DNA of 64,000 nucleotides, taken from the NCBI GenBank assembly GCA_002269645.1, contig NIVC01001673.1, positions 1-64,000 of the forward strand, given 5' to 3'. Below, one piece after another: positions 24,110 through 42,440 of this stretch (the stretch's first letter is position 1; each line of letters opens with the position of its first letter). This DNA is from Macrostomum lignano. Its lineage: Eukaryota. Below the pieces are notes generated by a model, which was not told the DNA's origin, ran no database searches, and saw nothing but the letters and a program-made list of their open reading frames with translations. A program made the position numbers and the translations under genes.

Positions 24110-25575
24110 AGGTAAATATACTTCATGGAGGTACTTCATTTCTGGTGCCCAATGAAGGGAACGCTGGAGATAGCAGCCACATAATTTGAAGTGCTGTCCG
24201 AGAAGGTTTCGCGAAGAAACATTGGGCTACTGCCGGAGCCTATACTGGCCCATCATCCAGGTAGCATATTAGCTGGTTTTATGGCGTGGAAACTGCTGGA
24301 AAACTGGTACAACCCCCCATCTAGGTGGTCAAGTTGGCCAACTCTTTAAATAGAGCAGCGTCATAAACATGGGACCAGCCGGGACTGCCAGGCGGATGCC
24401 TGAAACTGGTCCGGACGTTACCAAACGCCGGAGCCACCAACTCGACATGTACTCGCTCCGATTGTGACCACCAACCTGCGCGAAGTTAATCCCAGTCCTC
24501 TTTCTGAACACCTCAGCGCACCAGACTGAGCCTTCAAGCACTCTGACCGAAGCCAGCCTTCTAGACTCAATTGGCACACCCATCTTCTTAAGCCACTCAT
24601 CGGTCTTCTTTTCACAACAGCCCCCAGTTCCAAACCAAGCCAATAACACTCTGGGCACCTGGGCCCGCCACCTTCGCGACCTCGGTCGCAAGATCTTCAT
24701 CTGTATAGTATTTGATTTTGTTGTCCCTAGCGAGGGCCATAGGCCCCGCTCCTCTGTCCGCACAGATCGTAACGTCAGCAATCCAAACTCTATCCTTATT
24801 AAATATAATTAGATCAGGCCGTCTATGCCCCCTAGGAGTCGCAAAAGACTTCTCCTTAATAACGCTGTATCCTAGACGCTCCAACTGACTCCCAACAAAC
24901 TCTACCATTCTATCGTGCCTAGCCCCTCTCTTATCCCAGGTCCCTTTTGCACTGCTGCAGAATATGCCCCAAACCTTCAATTTGCCTGCAGCCTGCATCA
25001 CAAAGAGGAGCCTGCCTCCTACCTCTGGATGCTCAAGCTGCAGTCGGCCAAACGTTCCACCTAATCTTAAGACATTTGATATACATTTCACCTATGAGCA
25101 GGGATGAGCCATCTGTCACCCAAGAGTGGAACAGATGGAGAGAGGAACGTCCGCTGCTTCACCTAAGCCAAAACCATCTAAGTTATCCAGCAACTTGTTC
25201 TTCCAGAACACTCGATAATCAGCTCTGTCATTAAAATTAGTCTGCACACTTTTCAGTTGAAACCGCTTGCGAATGGCAGGTAGCTGAGACAAGTCACGGA
25301 CCAAGTCGTCCGGAACCTCTTCGAGGCTCACCAGCTTCTGCCATTTGTACATTGGGACAAGCGATTCAAAACAATCAATGTCGAGGCCTCCATCCTTCGC
25401 ACACGCATGAAAGGCAGACACCGGAGTGTCGTGCAGCAGATGGAGAACCTCCCTAAGGAAACGGCGAACACACTTGTCACACTCACGAAGAGTGTACTGG
25501 TGCACGCGTCCATTAACTAGATAGAACATAATTTTAGGTAGAACATTGGTTCTGAGCAGAAACACTCTCTGCTGC
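24110..25575 (-). mobile_element. 5'-truncated, frameshifted R2/NeSL-like (RLE-type) non-LTR retrotransposon
   Basis: Thumb region LLRTNVLPKIMFYL...HDTPVSAFHACAKDGGLDI; restriction-like endonuclease motifs RHD...RRPDLII...IADVTI...KIKYY. 3' boundary approximate. Confidence 0.85.
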
Positions 25576-26570
25576 GTGTGGGTACCTTGCCAATGGCGCC
25601 CTTGATGCCACTAGCAAAGAATAGGATCCAGTGAGGGCAAAGGCTGCAGTGTGGGTCACCTCAAAGGAATAGCTTTGCCACATTGTTCAGGAACTCCTTG
25701 CAGGCATCGTTCCCCATGGGCGGCAGCAGCCAACAAAGCTTCAAGCAAAGCTGCAGGGTGTCATTTGTCTGGCTTCCCTATTGCTGCTGTGACTGCATGG
25801 TGGCATAAAAGCTCTCCACAACAGCCTCTGCAATGAAACAGAACACAACATGTAGATGAGTGACCATTGTACACACTTTTGACAACTCAGCCTAGGGAGT
25901 TCAGATGTAATGAAGACTCTCTAACAAGTGACTAACCGTATTTAAACAATTTGAAAGCTACTCACCAGTGCCACCTCATTGCAGTGCAAAATTGAGCAGT
26001 GCACATATTGCAAGGCCAGCCTGCTGGTAGACACTCAGGTCAGCATAGAAGGACCAGTACACTGCCACTTCATCAACAAAAGCATTGAAGGCACCCTCTG
26101 TGGTGCAGCCAGACAGGCACAGCAGCAGCTCAGTGGGTGAATGTGGCGGTGAAACTCTGACTTCTGTTAGTGGCCTGTTGACAATGGCACCAGCCAGCCC
26201 ATGTGGCCTTCGCCCATAAAGAGGACATGGCGAAGCATGTCCAAAAAGTTTGATGCATAACTTGAGTTAGGGGAAATTTCATGGTGTGTTACATGCTTAC
26301 AATTATCATTGTTTTTGTCCTATAGCCCATTGATAAAGTGATAACAATTGCACATCCCTAGTCACATACAGTACTGCATTCTCAGACTACCCATACACCT
26401 ATGCAGCTTTGTGAAACTTACCTTTGCAACATGGGAGTCTTCAGGTGGGCCAGATGCTTGTGCTTGACAGCGTCGGCTATGAGCCGCTTGAATGCTAGTG
26501 CATGCTGACTGGCAAACTCCTCTGCAGCAACCTTGGAGTCCCCAATTGCTCCATGTACACTGTACACTAG
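25575..26570 (-). pseudogene. Decayed intron-containing ORF, possibly a hAT-like transposase C-terminus
   Basis: GC-richer blocks bounded by GTAAGT/GTGAGT donors and a TTGCAG acceptor; translate as VHGAIGDSKVAAEEF..., ...AFVDEVAVYWSFY..., EAVVESFYATMQSQQQ*GSQTNDTL with stops. Family assignment is a guess. Confidence 0.35.
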
Positions 26571-27058
26571 AACAAGAATCCTATCTTAGCTAAATATGTC
26601 AGTGTATGCCAAAATGAAAATTTCAATAAGTTTTACACCAAAAATTTTTGCTTAAAAGGTCATTCAGTTTTCACAAGTTGAGTTTTCTAAAAAAGGTTTT
26701 GTAAAAGTATTTTTTATAATATTATGATATTTTCATTTTAATCAAAATTAAATCATATCTCTAAAAAATAATGCCTATTTTAAGTTTTTAGCTATAATTT
26801 TATTTACTAGTTTTATTCAATAATAATTTTTAAAAAGCAAAAAGTTTATCATTGACTTTCTAAAATACTAAATATCCTTTATTTTATGTAAACCATATTT
26901 ATTTACATGGAATTTTTCATGCATGGCATGAATTTGTGCATTAAATTTGTATGCTAAAAGAATTTGCATGATTTTGTATATTAAAATTTGTACACCAACT
27001 TTGAAAGGAGTCATTTGTATACTGAAATTTTCCGGCATACATGTAACCTTCCAGAGCC
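26571..27058 (+). repeat. Dispersed AT-rich repeat, copy 1 (homologous to 60454-60910)
   Basis: Collinear blocks AACAAGAATC(C/T)TATCTTAGCTAAAT, AAAAGGTCATT..TTTTCACAAGTTGAGTTT, GAGTCATTTG, TTCCAGAG shared in the same orientation. Confidence 0.8.
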
Positions 27059-27805
27059 TAAGGTGTCAATAGGGTTATCATTAATGCTTTAAGTTCATCA
27101 ATATAATTAATTTGACTTTCATATTAGTTTATAGGCATCGGTTTTAATATACATATACAAAGAACAAATGTTATTTATAAATACTCATAGTTGTTATCTT
27201 TTCAGGTTTGATATGCAATCATTAAAGTAGAGAATTCCATAAGGCCCATTTAATTGTCACTTCATCTGCTGTTTTTAAGGTTTGATAGGGGACTCAAGCT
27301 CAATGATAAAGAAAAATCAAGATTTTTTGTACTAAAATTTTTAGATGCAAACAATGTTGATGCTATTAAAATTTTTTTTAAAGTTAAAACAAAAGTGAAA
27401 GGTAGCTGTAGCTAAAGTTCCACATTGGCTACTGATATGGCTATGGGAAGTAATGGAGATAGACAGAACATATGGATATAGAAATGCATATTTGCCATAT
27501 CTAGTAATATTGGCTACTCAATAACTGAGACAAATGATTAAGTCCTTAGGTTTGAGGACTCAAATAACAGAGATTTTTGATGACATTGTATGATTGGGTT
27601 GCTATTGGCTTAAATTAAGATTAATGCCTGTTAATGAGTATATTTCTATCTTAATGTATATTTCTTTTCTGCTATGCTAAATTTAATAAAGTAAATCTAG
27701 TTTCAATTAACATAATGCATAGACTACACATGAAATATACAATCCATAGTGTTCGAAATACTTCCAGAAACCTGCAGTCCCACTGAAAAGGTTGATCAGT
27801 TAGTT

Positions 27806-31403
<3,598 letters not shown>

Positions 31404-31747
31404 CCCTGCCGCTGACTGGTTTTGATTGCGCTGTCCTTTTAAACTGTCATTGCTCTGTATAGCATAATGCTGCCGAGATGTATGCTTAATTTCTAAAAAT
31501 TTAATTGCTACCTGCCGAGTTTTTATTCGCAAACTGTTTATTCATGTCGTTGATGCCTTTGCAATGCGTTTCCAGTTTTTTTCTTGAGTAATTTGACTCG
31601 TTCACAGTTCTAGTCTTTGATTGCGTGAATCTGCCTTTTCACCTGTTGACTGTTGAGCGCTGGGCTGTCACCAATTTTATGCAAAAATCGATGCTCGCCA
31701 GATAAGGAAAGGCACTTAAGGCCACATTAGTCATTGTGCGAATACAA

Positions 31748-32165
31748 TTAAGGTCACCAACGATAATATGGGAAGACAAATAAGGTCACCCAAAAGATAA
31801 TATGGGAAGACAAATAAGGTCACCCAAAGATAATATGGGAAGACAAATAAGGTCACCCAAAGATAATATGGGAAGACAAATAAGGTCACCCAAAAGATAA
31901 TATGGGAAGACAAATAAGGTCACCCAAAAGATAATATGGGTAGACAAATAAGGTCACCCAAAAGATAATATGGGAAGACAAATAAGGTAACCCAAAAGAT
32001 AATATGAGAAGACAATTAAGGTCACCCAAAATATAATATGGGGAAACAATTAAGGTCACCCAGAAGATAATATGGGAAGACAATTAAGGTCACCCAAAAT
32101 ATAATATGGGGAAACAATTAAGGTCACCTGAGATATCACAAAAAGACAATTAAGGTCACCAGATA
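31748..32165. repeat. Minisatellite, 33-34-bp unit AAGGTCACCCAAA(A)GATAATATGGGAAGACAAAT
   Basis: About 12 copies between the Ssu72 stop and the WDR55 start. Confidence 0.93.
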
Positions 32166-32372
32166 TTTCAGAACAACCAAGTTGACTTCAGAGAATACCA
32201 GCTAAAACGTAGTAATCATATTTTTCAGAAAGCAGGCATTCAAGGTCACCAGAATTTCTGTATTTAATATTCAACAGCTGGCACTGTGCCTTATTAATCA
32301 TTTTGTTCCACAAACTGCTTCAGCTGGAGTAGACATCATATTTGAGCCCAGCAGCAACTGCAGGCCGCACTA

Positions 32373-35637
<3,265 letters not shown>

Positions 35638-35644
35638 GCTGGGA

Positions 35645-35785
35645 CTGTCCGACATGCCGACTTTTGACATGCCGACTGTTTGACATGCCGACTGTCCGAC
35701 ATGCCGACTGTCCGACATGCCGACTGTCCGACATGCCGACTGTCCGACAAGCCGACTGTCCGACATGCCGACTGTCCGACATGCA
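35645..35785. repeat. Minisatellite, 16-bp unit GCCGACTGTCCGACAT
   Basis: Starts within about 10 nt of the WDR55 stop. Confidence 0.92.
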
Positions 35786-36397
35786 TCTGATATTATAGAT
35801 CCTGACTGACTAGACTGACTGACTGACACAAATTCGCATTTCTGTTCAGCGCCGCGCTGAATTCCTAATCATACATTATGGTACCTGTGTGCAGTTAAAT
35901 ACACCTGTGCCCTGCACTCTGTGCGTGCTGCTTATTGGCACAGTTTTTTGTCTACTGAGAATGGACTGGCTGAGATAAAGTCGGACATGTTAAACTTTCT
36001 TTTTACGCTCGTATTTCATTCCTGTTGCTGTATTGCACAGTTTAAACTTCTGCTAACATTTTTTCGGTTATGACCCTTCTTACCGAGACTCCTCTGGATC
36101 ATGTCAAACAAAAGAACCGTCATGTTAGTCTCTCTCCCTCTCCCCCTCTCCCCTTCTCTGTCTCTCCATCTCTCTCCCTCTCCCTCTCTCTGCCTTCAAC
36201 TTCCCGTTTGCGATTTTTGCGGCGAGTTGATCTGGCTGCTGGGTTTTGCCTGAAAATCAATAAATACTCGTAACTTGTCTGTGGGAGCGTCAGACCACAG
36301 ACAAAATGCCTGGCATTTGGTGCCTGCGTCAGACTGGCCTCAGCCGCTTGCGCGAGCAAAAATTATTAAAATTGGGCCTGGCATTCCCGGAATAGCA

Positions 36398-36706
36398 ATG
36401 ACGTCATCATCTGCCGAGGGTCTGCCAGTGGACGAGAGAATCAACTTCCTGCTCACTCTGGTGTCAGCCTCCTTCTTGGGCGTCCTGCTGGCCGCCATCA
36501 TCTTCCTGGCCTGCATCAGCTACGCGCCCAGCTTCCTGGCCGACGTCAAGTTCGCGCTGGTGCCGCTGCGCCTCCGCGTCAAGCGCTGGCTGGGCTTCCG
36601 CCGCCTCGGTGTGCCGGAGCTGCCGCCGGTGCAGCGGCTGCCGTCGCCCGGCGTTGACAGCGGCCTGGCGCCGGGGGAGCCGCCGATCATCCGGTTCCGG
36701 CTGTGA
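36398..36706 (+). CDS. Small single-pass membrane protein (102 aa), unknown family
   Basis: MTSSSAEGLPVDERINFLLTLVSASFLGVLLAAIIFLACISY..., hydrophobic stretch followed by basic RLRVKR; GC3-rich codons like neighbouring genes. Confidence 0.6.
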   Translation: MTSSSAEGLPVDERINFLLTLVSASFLGVLLAAIIFLACISYAPSFLADVKFALVPLRLRVKRWLGFRRLGVPELPPVQRLPSPGVDSGLAPGEPPIIRFRL

Positions 36707-37574
36707 CTGCGGTTGCCCGGAGTCCTGGTTGCTGACCTGGCGGCTGTGACCGGCTGGTGTGACTTGCCGGATGCATGATTGGTTAATTGTTTTTAATCTT
36801 GTTCTTTACTGATCAATCTTATCGCATGATAAGCATTATACATAATTCTTGTATATTGTAACTCGCGTGAAGTTTTTGTTACCGATAGAAATCTTTAAAC
36901 TCGGGATGGCTTTGCCAGGGGTCAATAGTGCTGCCTGCGAGGGATTGCAGCCCCATACCTGCAATGCACATGATGTACAAATGTACAAAACACAATGTAC
37001 ATTAGTAATAATCATTACAACTGCCCTAATGGACATCTCCGCCGCAGCTATTGCTCAAGGACTTAACTTGAGGGAGTCGCCACACCCACCCTTAGTTACC
37101 CCAGCTGATGCTGGCACCCATTTTACACTTGGGTGAACAGACTTGCAATGCAGAGTTGAGTACACACGGACGCTCACGGACACAAACTGTTCCGAGTCGC
37201 GAGTCCGATGCTCTAACTACTATAAGCCTACATGTACGTGTACTGTACATGTACAATCCATTTTGCAGATATTGCTTAATATTGTTCTCTGGGGTGATCG
37301 ATAAAATTTCAATAACTGCGATGTCTATTCCATGAGTTGCCATGCACTTTTAATTGCATAGAAATTTGCATGCGGATTTGAGCACATGGCCACTGGCCCC
37401 AGCTCTGATGTCTATGGTTCTCCACAGGCGCAATCCCGAGCACAACTGCAGTTCGATCGCTCAGACAAATTTTCAGCTACATATTTGATTGACTTGGTTG
37501 CGTCATCCTGCCAACTTGCCTCTAGCCGAACATTCGATCGACTTCGTTGATTTTTTTGCGTTCGGCACAGTGCC

Positions 37575-38149
37575 ATGACCGCCAGGCTCAGCAAGCCACC
37601 GCTGCTGCTGCCGCTGCTGCTGGCCGCTCTGCTGACCGTCGACAGCTGCCGGGCCTGCCAGGTGGTGATTCAACCGATTAAAAGCGCCATCAACAAAGTC
37701 AAGAGCACCTACAACTCTTTTAAGAAAAGTGAGTCGCCAATTCTGCAGGTCGTTCTCCAATAAGTGGTCACATGTACATGCAGTATACTTGGTCTTCGCC
37801 ACACCTACATGTATGTAAATGAAAGTACACCTGGACCCGCAGAGATAACTTCCGAGAAGCCAAAGTACATCGGCTGCTACGCAGACCGTGACGACAACCG
37901 GGACATCCAGTTCATCGGTGCCCGCAAGTCGGACATGACAGTCAGCAAGTGCAACGCAATCTGCAAAGAGGAATACCCATGACCAAGTTCTTCGGGGTGC
38001 AGAACGGCAACCTGTGCTTCTGCGGCAACGACTACGGCAACTACGGGGTGCGGCGAGACGGCCACTGCGACAAGCCGTGCGGCGGCGCCAAAGGAGAGAA
38101 GTGCGGCGGCGAGCTGCTCAACTCCGTGTACGAAATTACAAGTAAATGA
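37575..38149 (+). CDS. Secreted single-WSC-domain protein (~153 aa)
   Basis: Signal peptide LLLPLLLAALLTVDSCRA; exons 37575-37728 and 37843-38149; YIGCY...MTVSKCNAIC...FFGVQNGNLCFCGN...CDKPCGG...CGG; needs one missing C at 37976-37978. Confidence 0.85.
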
Positions 38150-39541
38150 CAACGGCCATGCAGCACTGTACGGTACGCAGTGTACATGTGCAATGCATGA
38201 ATTTATTTTAGTCTTGCAGCTTTTTAAGCGGTTTTCAAACTTCAACTGTACATTTAAGTAAGCGCGTGTTTGATAGTTTCTCAGCACGTTTGATTTTAAT
38301 CTGTAGTTTATCGTACAACTTCCCTCTTCAGCATTTTCTTCCCACTTTACTTATCAGTAGAAAGGAATGCAAATTTCCTAAGTTTTACAAGCTTCAGGAA
38401 GGCTATTTGTTTCGTAAACTGTTTGATTTTTTTCTTCTTGAGATAACTGGACAAAGCGATTCAGCTATAATCAGCTATAATATCGAATATTATAGCGATA
38501 TTGCTAAATTGCGATTATTCTGAATTAAATGCCAGCGTTTGGTATTTAAAGGCACAGAACAACCCGGACAGCTACAATGTCGTGTATGTTGATAGAATCA
38601 TGGACCTCCTGGTGTCCAGGAGTTTTGGTGGGACAAATAAGGAAGAATGAACTGACACTTTGCAGCTGTTTAACAACGGAGGCCTAAAATATTATACTGT
38701 ACGAACCGCTCTAAATACGCACAAAGTAAAACGGCCCAATTTGTGGCCCCACCAAACGTAAATTACACAGGAAAAAATACGAATTTAGTCTGTTTATTAT
38801 GGGTAAATCTGACACCTGGATTCTACTCGTATCTATTCAGGTTTGATATAGTTTACGTAATTTTTTTTTAATTAATGAATGTTGTAAGTTTTAAAGCTTG
38901 TTTAAAGGTTGGCTTTGAGGAATAACTCAATTTCGCGGACACATTTCCAGACACATCTTCCGACACTTGAAATGTACAACTCCACTGTACATTTAAACAA
39001 AATCTCGAAAAGTAGATAACTGATAAAATATACATGTACGAGAAAGATGGGCTAAGAAGAGAGATTAGAGAAAGTGGAGAAGAGAGGAGAGGAAGTTTAG
39101 CAAAGTAGATCTTACATTGGATCTGAGATTGGAAGCGCTTATCCCCACGGTCCCGTGCCGATAATTTTCAGCTTATCAGATTGTGCAGTTGTGTGTTTAG
39201 TTTTAGTTTAATGTTGCTACTAATATTAGTCTTCTCTGTTTATTGTAACATATACGGCGTAGCTTCAAGTAATTGTTATTACACTGTTGTGTCATTTAGT
39301 GTCATTTTAACAGCTCTCCATTCAAAATGGATAGTCATTATTATTTTGTTGCATGATAGTTCAAGGCGGAAGCTAGGGCTAGGCGATGCTGCTAGGATTG
39401 CTTTATCGTTGGCTTGACTAAATTATACAGTTTACTACAGCTAGTGCTTATTTGTTGTATTATTAGTACTGCTAGTAGGCTCAGTCGCTTAGAATTACAA
39501 CAAAGGTCAATAGAACGAACAAGACATCACGTAAATGTGGT

Positions 39542-39557
39542 GGCCCTGAAAAGGGCC
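39542..39557 (-). promoter_or_regulatory. Histone 3'-end stem-loop (SLBP site) of H4
   Basis: Minus strand AAAACGGCCCTTTTCAGGGCCACCA, canonical, about 90 nt after the H4 stop. Confidence 0.95.
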
Positions 39558-39646
39558 GTTTTAGCGTTCAGGATACGGTTGTTACAGCGTAGTTACAACG
39601 AAGCAGACGTCAATGACGCCTGCCAGCTAACAGGCTGCGAGCGCCT

Positions 39647-39976
<330 letters not shown>

Positions 39977-42440
39977 TCAAACTAAAAGTAGTGAATTAAA
40001 GTGAGAATTTGATAAAGTAAACGGCGGTTCTCGTGCCGAATAAGTAACCAGAAGAATTGGGGTGGCTGGCGGAGGGGGTGGGTGCTTCGCCGCCATTTGA
40101 ATTTTATCGATCGTGTGAATATTTTCTATTCGCTGGACTGGAACTCCAAATGGTCTTCTCTGATTGTTGTTAGCAATAGTAATGATAATCCTATATACTA
40201 AATCTTCAAAGTCAACTAACATTGGACTTACAGACAGTTTTAATTACAGAATTACAGACACCTTGTTTTAAATGTTTCTTCGTTGTGCGTTACTCGTAGC
40301 ATTCTTCTATTTACCTTGGCCGTCATAACCGGGTCCATGGGCGCACGCATTCATGCACCAGCTTCCGCCACTGCTATCTGTCCTTCGCTTTTAGGTCATC
40401 CTCCCTCCCCTTTCGGTCTCCTTCCTTCTTTCGCCTTTCATTTCTTCTTGATAACATTTGCCGTAGCATTAGCACTTAGCAATTTGTAAAAATTATGCTT
40501 AAAAAATCGTCTTTAATAATTTAGACGGACGACTTAATTCAACTTAAATTTATTCAAATAATCGATTTTTACCGTATTAACGTAAATAAAAATTCGCAGT
40601 TCCATACCGACAGTTGTTTGTTTGGAAGCCTACATGTAGTAAAACGGCCCTTTTCGGGCTCCAATTTATTTAGACTTCTCACATCGATCATGGTGAGGAC
40701 TGAGCAGTTCTCGGTATAGTTCTTATTAAGTTTAGACCACTTATAAGTGTTCACACTTATAAAAATTAAATACTGTATGTGAGTACTTTACCTGATATAA
40801 TTTGTGATTCAACATACCATAATTGCATAAATGACTAATGGCTATAAGTTAATTACTTACTGGCCACTTCAATAAAATTGAAATTGCACATATTAGGCCA
40901 CGGAAAGTATTATCCTTTTAAGGAGAAACGTGTAACTTTTCTAAATGTTTATAACCACTAGGGCAGGCCTTTACTGAAGGAAAGCCACATTGTAAAACGG
41001 CCCTTTCAGGGCAACCAAACATGATTACCTCGTTAACAGTAGTAGAACATTTTAGTGGATTTATAGTGGATTTTCTTTAACCACAGTTGCTTTACAGTTG
41101 CAAAATTGTATTAATAGTTTATTGCAAGCTTTTAATCTGATTAATTAACTGTAAAAGTGTAAAAACGGCCCTTTTAAGGGCAACCAAACATGACAATGCC
41201 CTGTCAACAGTGGTTTTTAATTTTTTTTCAAGTTCTTTTTAAAGACTTTTCTACTTTCTTTATTAACTTTAAAGTGAAAGCTTCTAAAACCTGATTAAAA
41301 TTTATCCTTAAATTATCCATAAGAAGCAAGAGTTTAATATACTGTACTATCTATTATATGCGTTAATACTAAAACTGTAAAATAAACCCTATGGAGTAAA
41401 CTGGGATTCCCAGCACACGAGAAATGACATGACATGACAAAGGCGAGGCGAGTGGATCAAATCCGAAGTTTTTCCTTATGCCATGGCGACAAGAAATCTA
41501 GGAAAATATTTCATTATTTAGCAGAATTATTCTGAACTCGTTTTTATTCTTTATTAATTACTATAAAAATAAAACAGTATCTGCAGAAATATTTGAGTTA
41601 TACTCAAATTAGCCGCAAGCTTTTTCAGTAATAAATTTTACTGTTAGTAGAATAGTGAGGTGAAAATTAATAAAGTAGAATATTGTGTTTAGGCAGGAAT
41701 TGTATGTGGGCGACTGTTTAGTAGGTTGGTAATATTTAACTGGGAAATCGATTCTCTTGTTTGTCTTGATTAAGAATGAGGAAATGCGATAATTTTTGTT
41801 TGAAATTTTATATTTTTTTGTTGCAGCAATCAAAAAATTATAATGAAAATTGAAATGACGACAGAGGCGTTGCAATTGCAAATATACAAAAAATCAACGA
41901 AATGAAATAAAATTATTACGTAAATACACAGGAACTGTGTGTTAGCTGGATAATGACGCATTTGTACAACAGAAAGGAGAGCTCGAAAAAAATAAACCAA
42001 AGGGACACACTTTTACTCGTTATTCTTACCATCACAAATATTACTTTCTATACATATCGGCAATTTTTACAACATTCAAATCAGTGACACAAAAGACAAA
42101 GGTCGAAAAGAAAACCCCCGCTGGTGCATAAAAACTAAAGCAGATTTTCCGATTGAATCAGTAATCTTGTCAACATGCTGCTATGATAAAACAGTTAAGT
42201 AAACAAATAAAATTATATTTATCACGGGTTAAATACTCACGATTAGCTACTGAAATAAAACTGAATAGTAGTTAGTATGCGAATTTTACCAAAAAATTGC
42301 TTAAAAACCGAAAAAAGTGACGATGGAAAAAGATGTGCCGATCTGCGCTCTGCAAAATCTTTTGTCTTATTTTTTCAATTCAGGGATTTGGGACGCGCGT
42401 ATTTACATGAAATCACCAGTCAGCCGTCCCCAACAAATAG

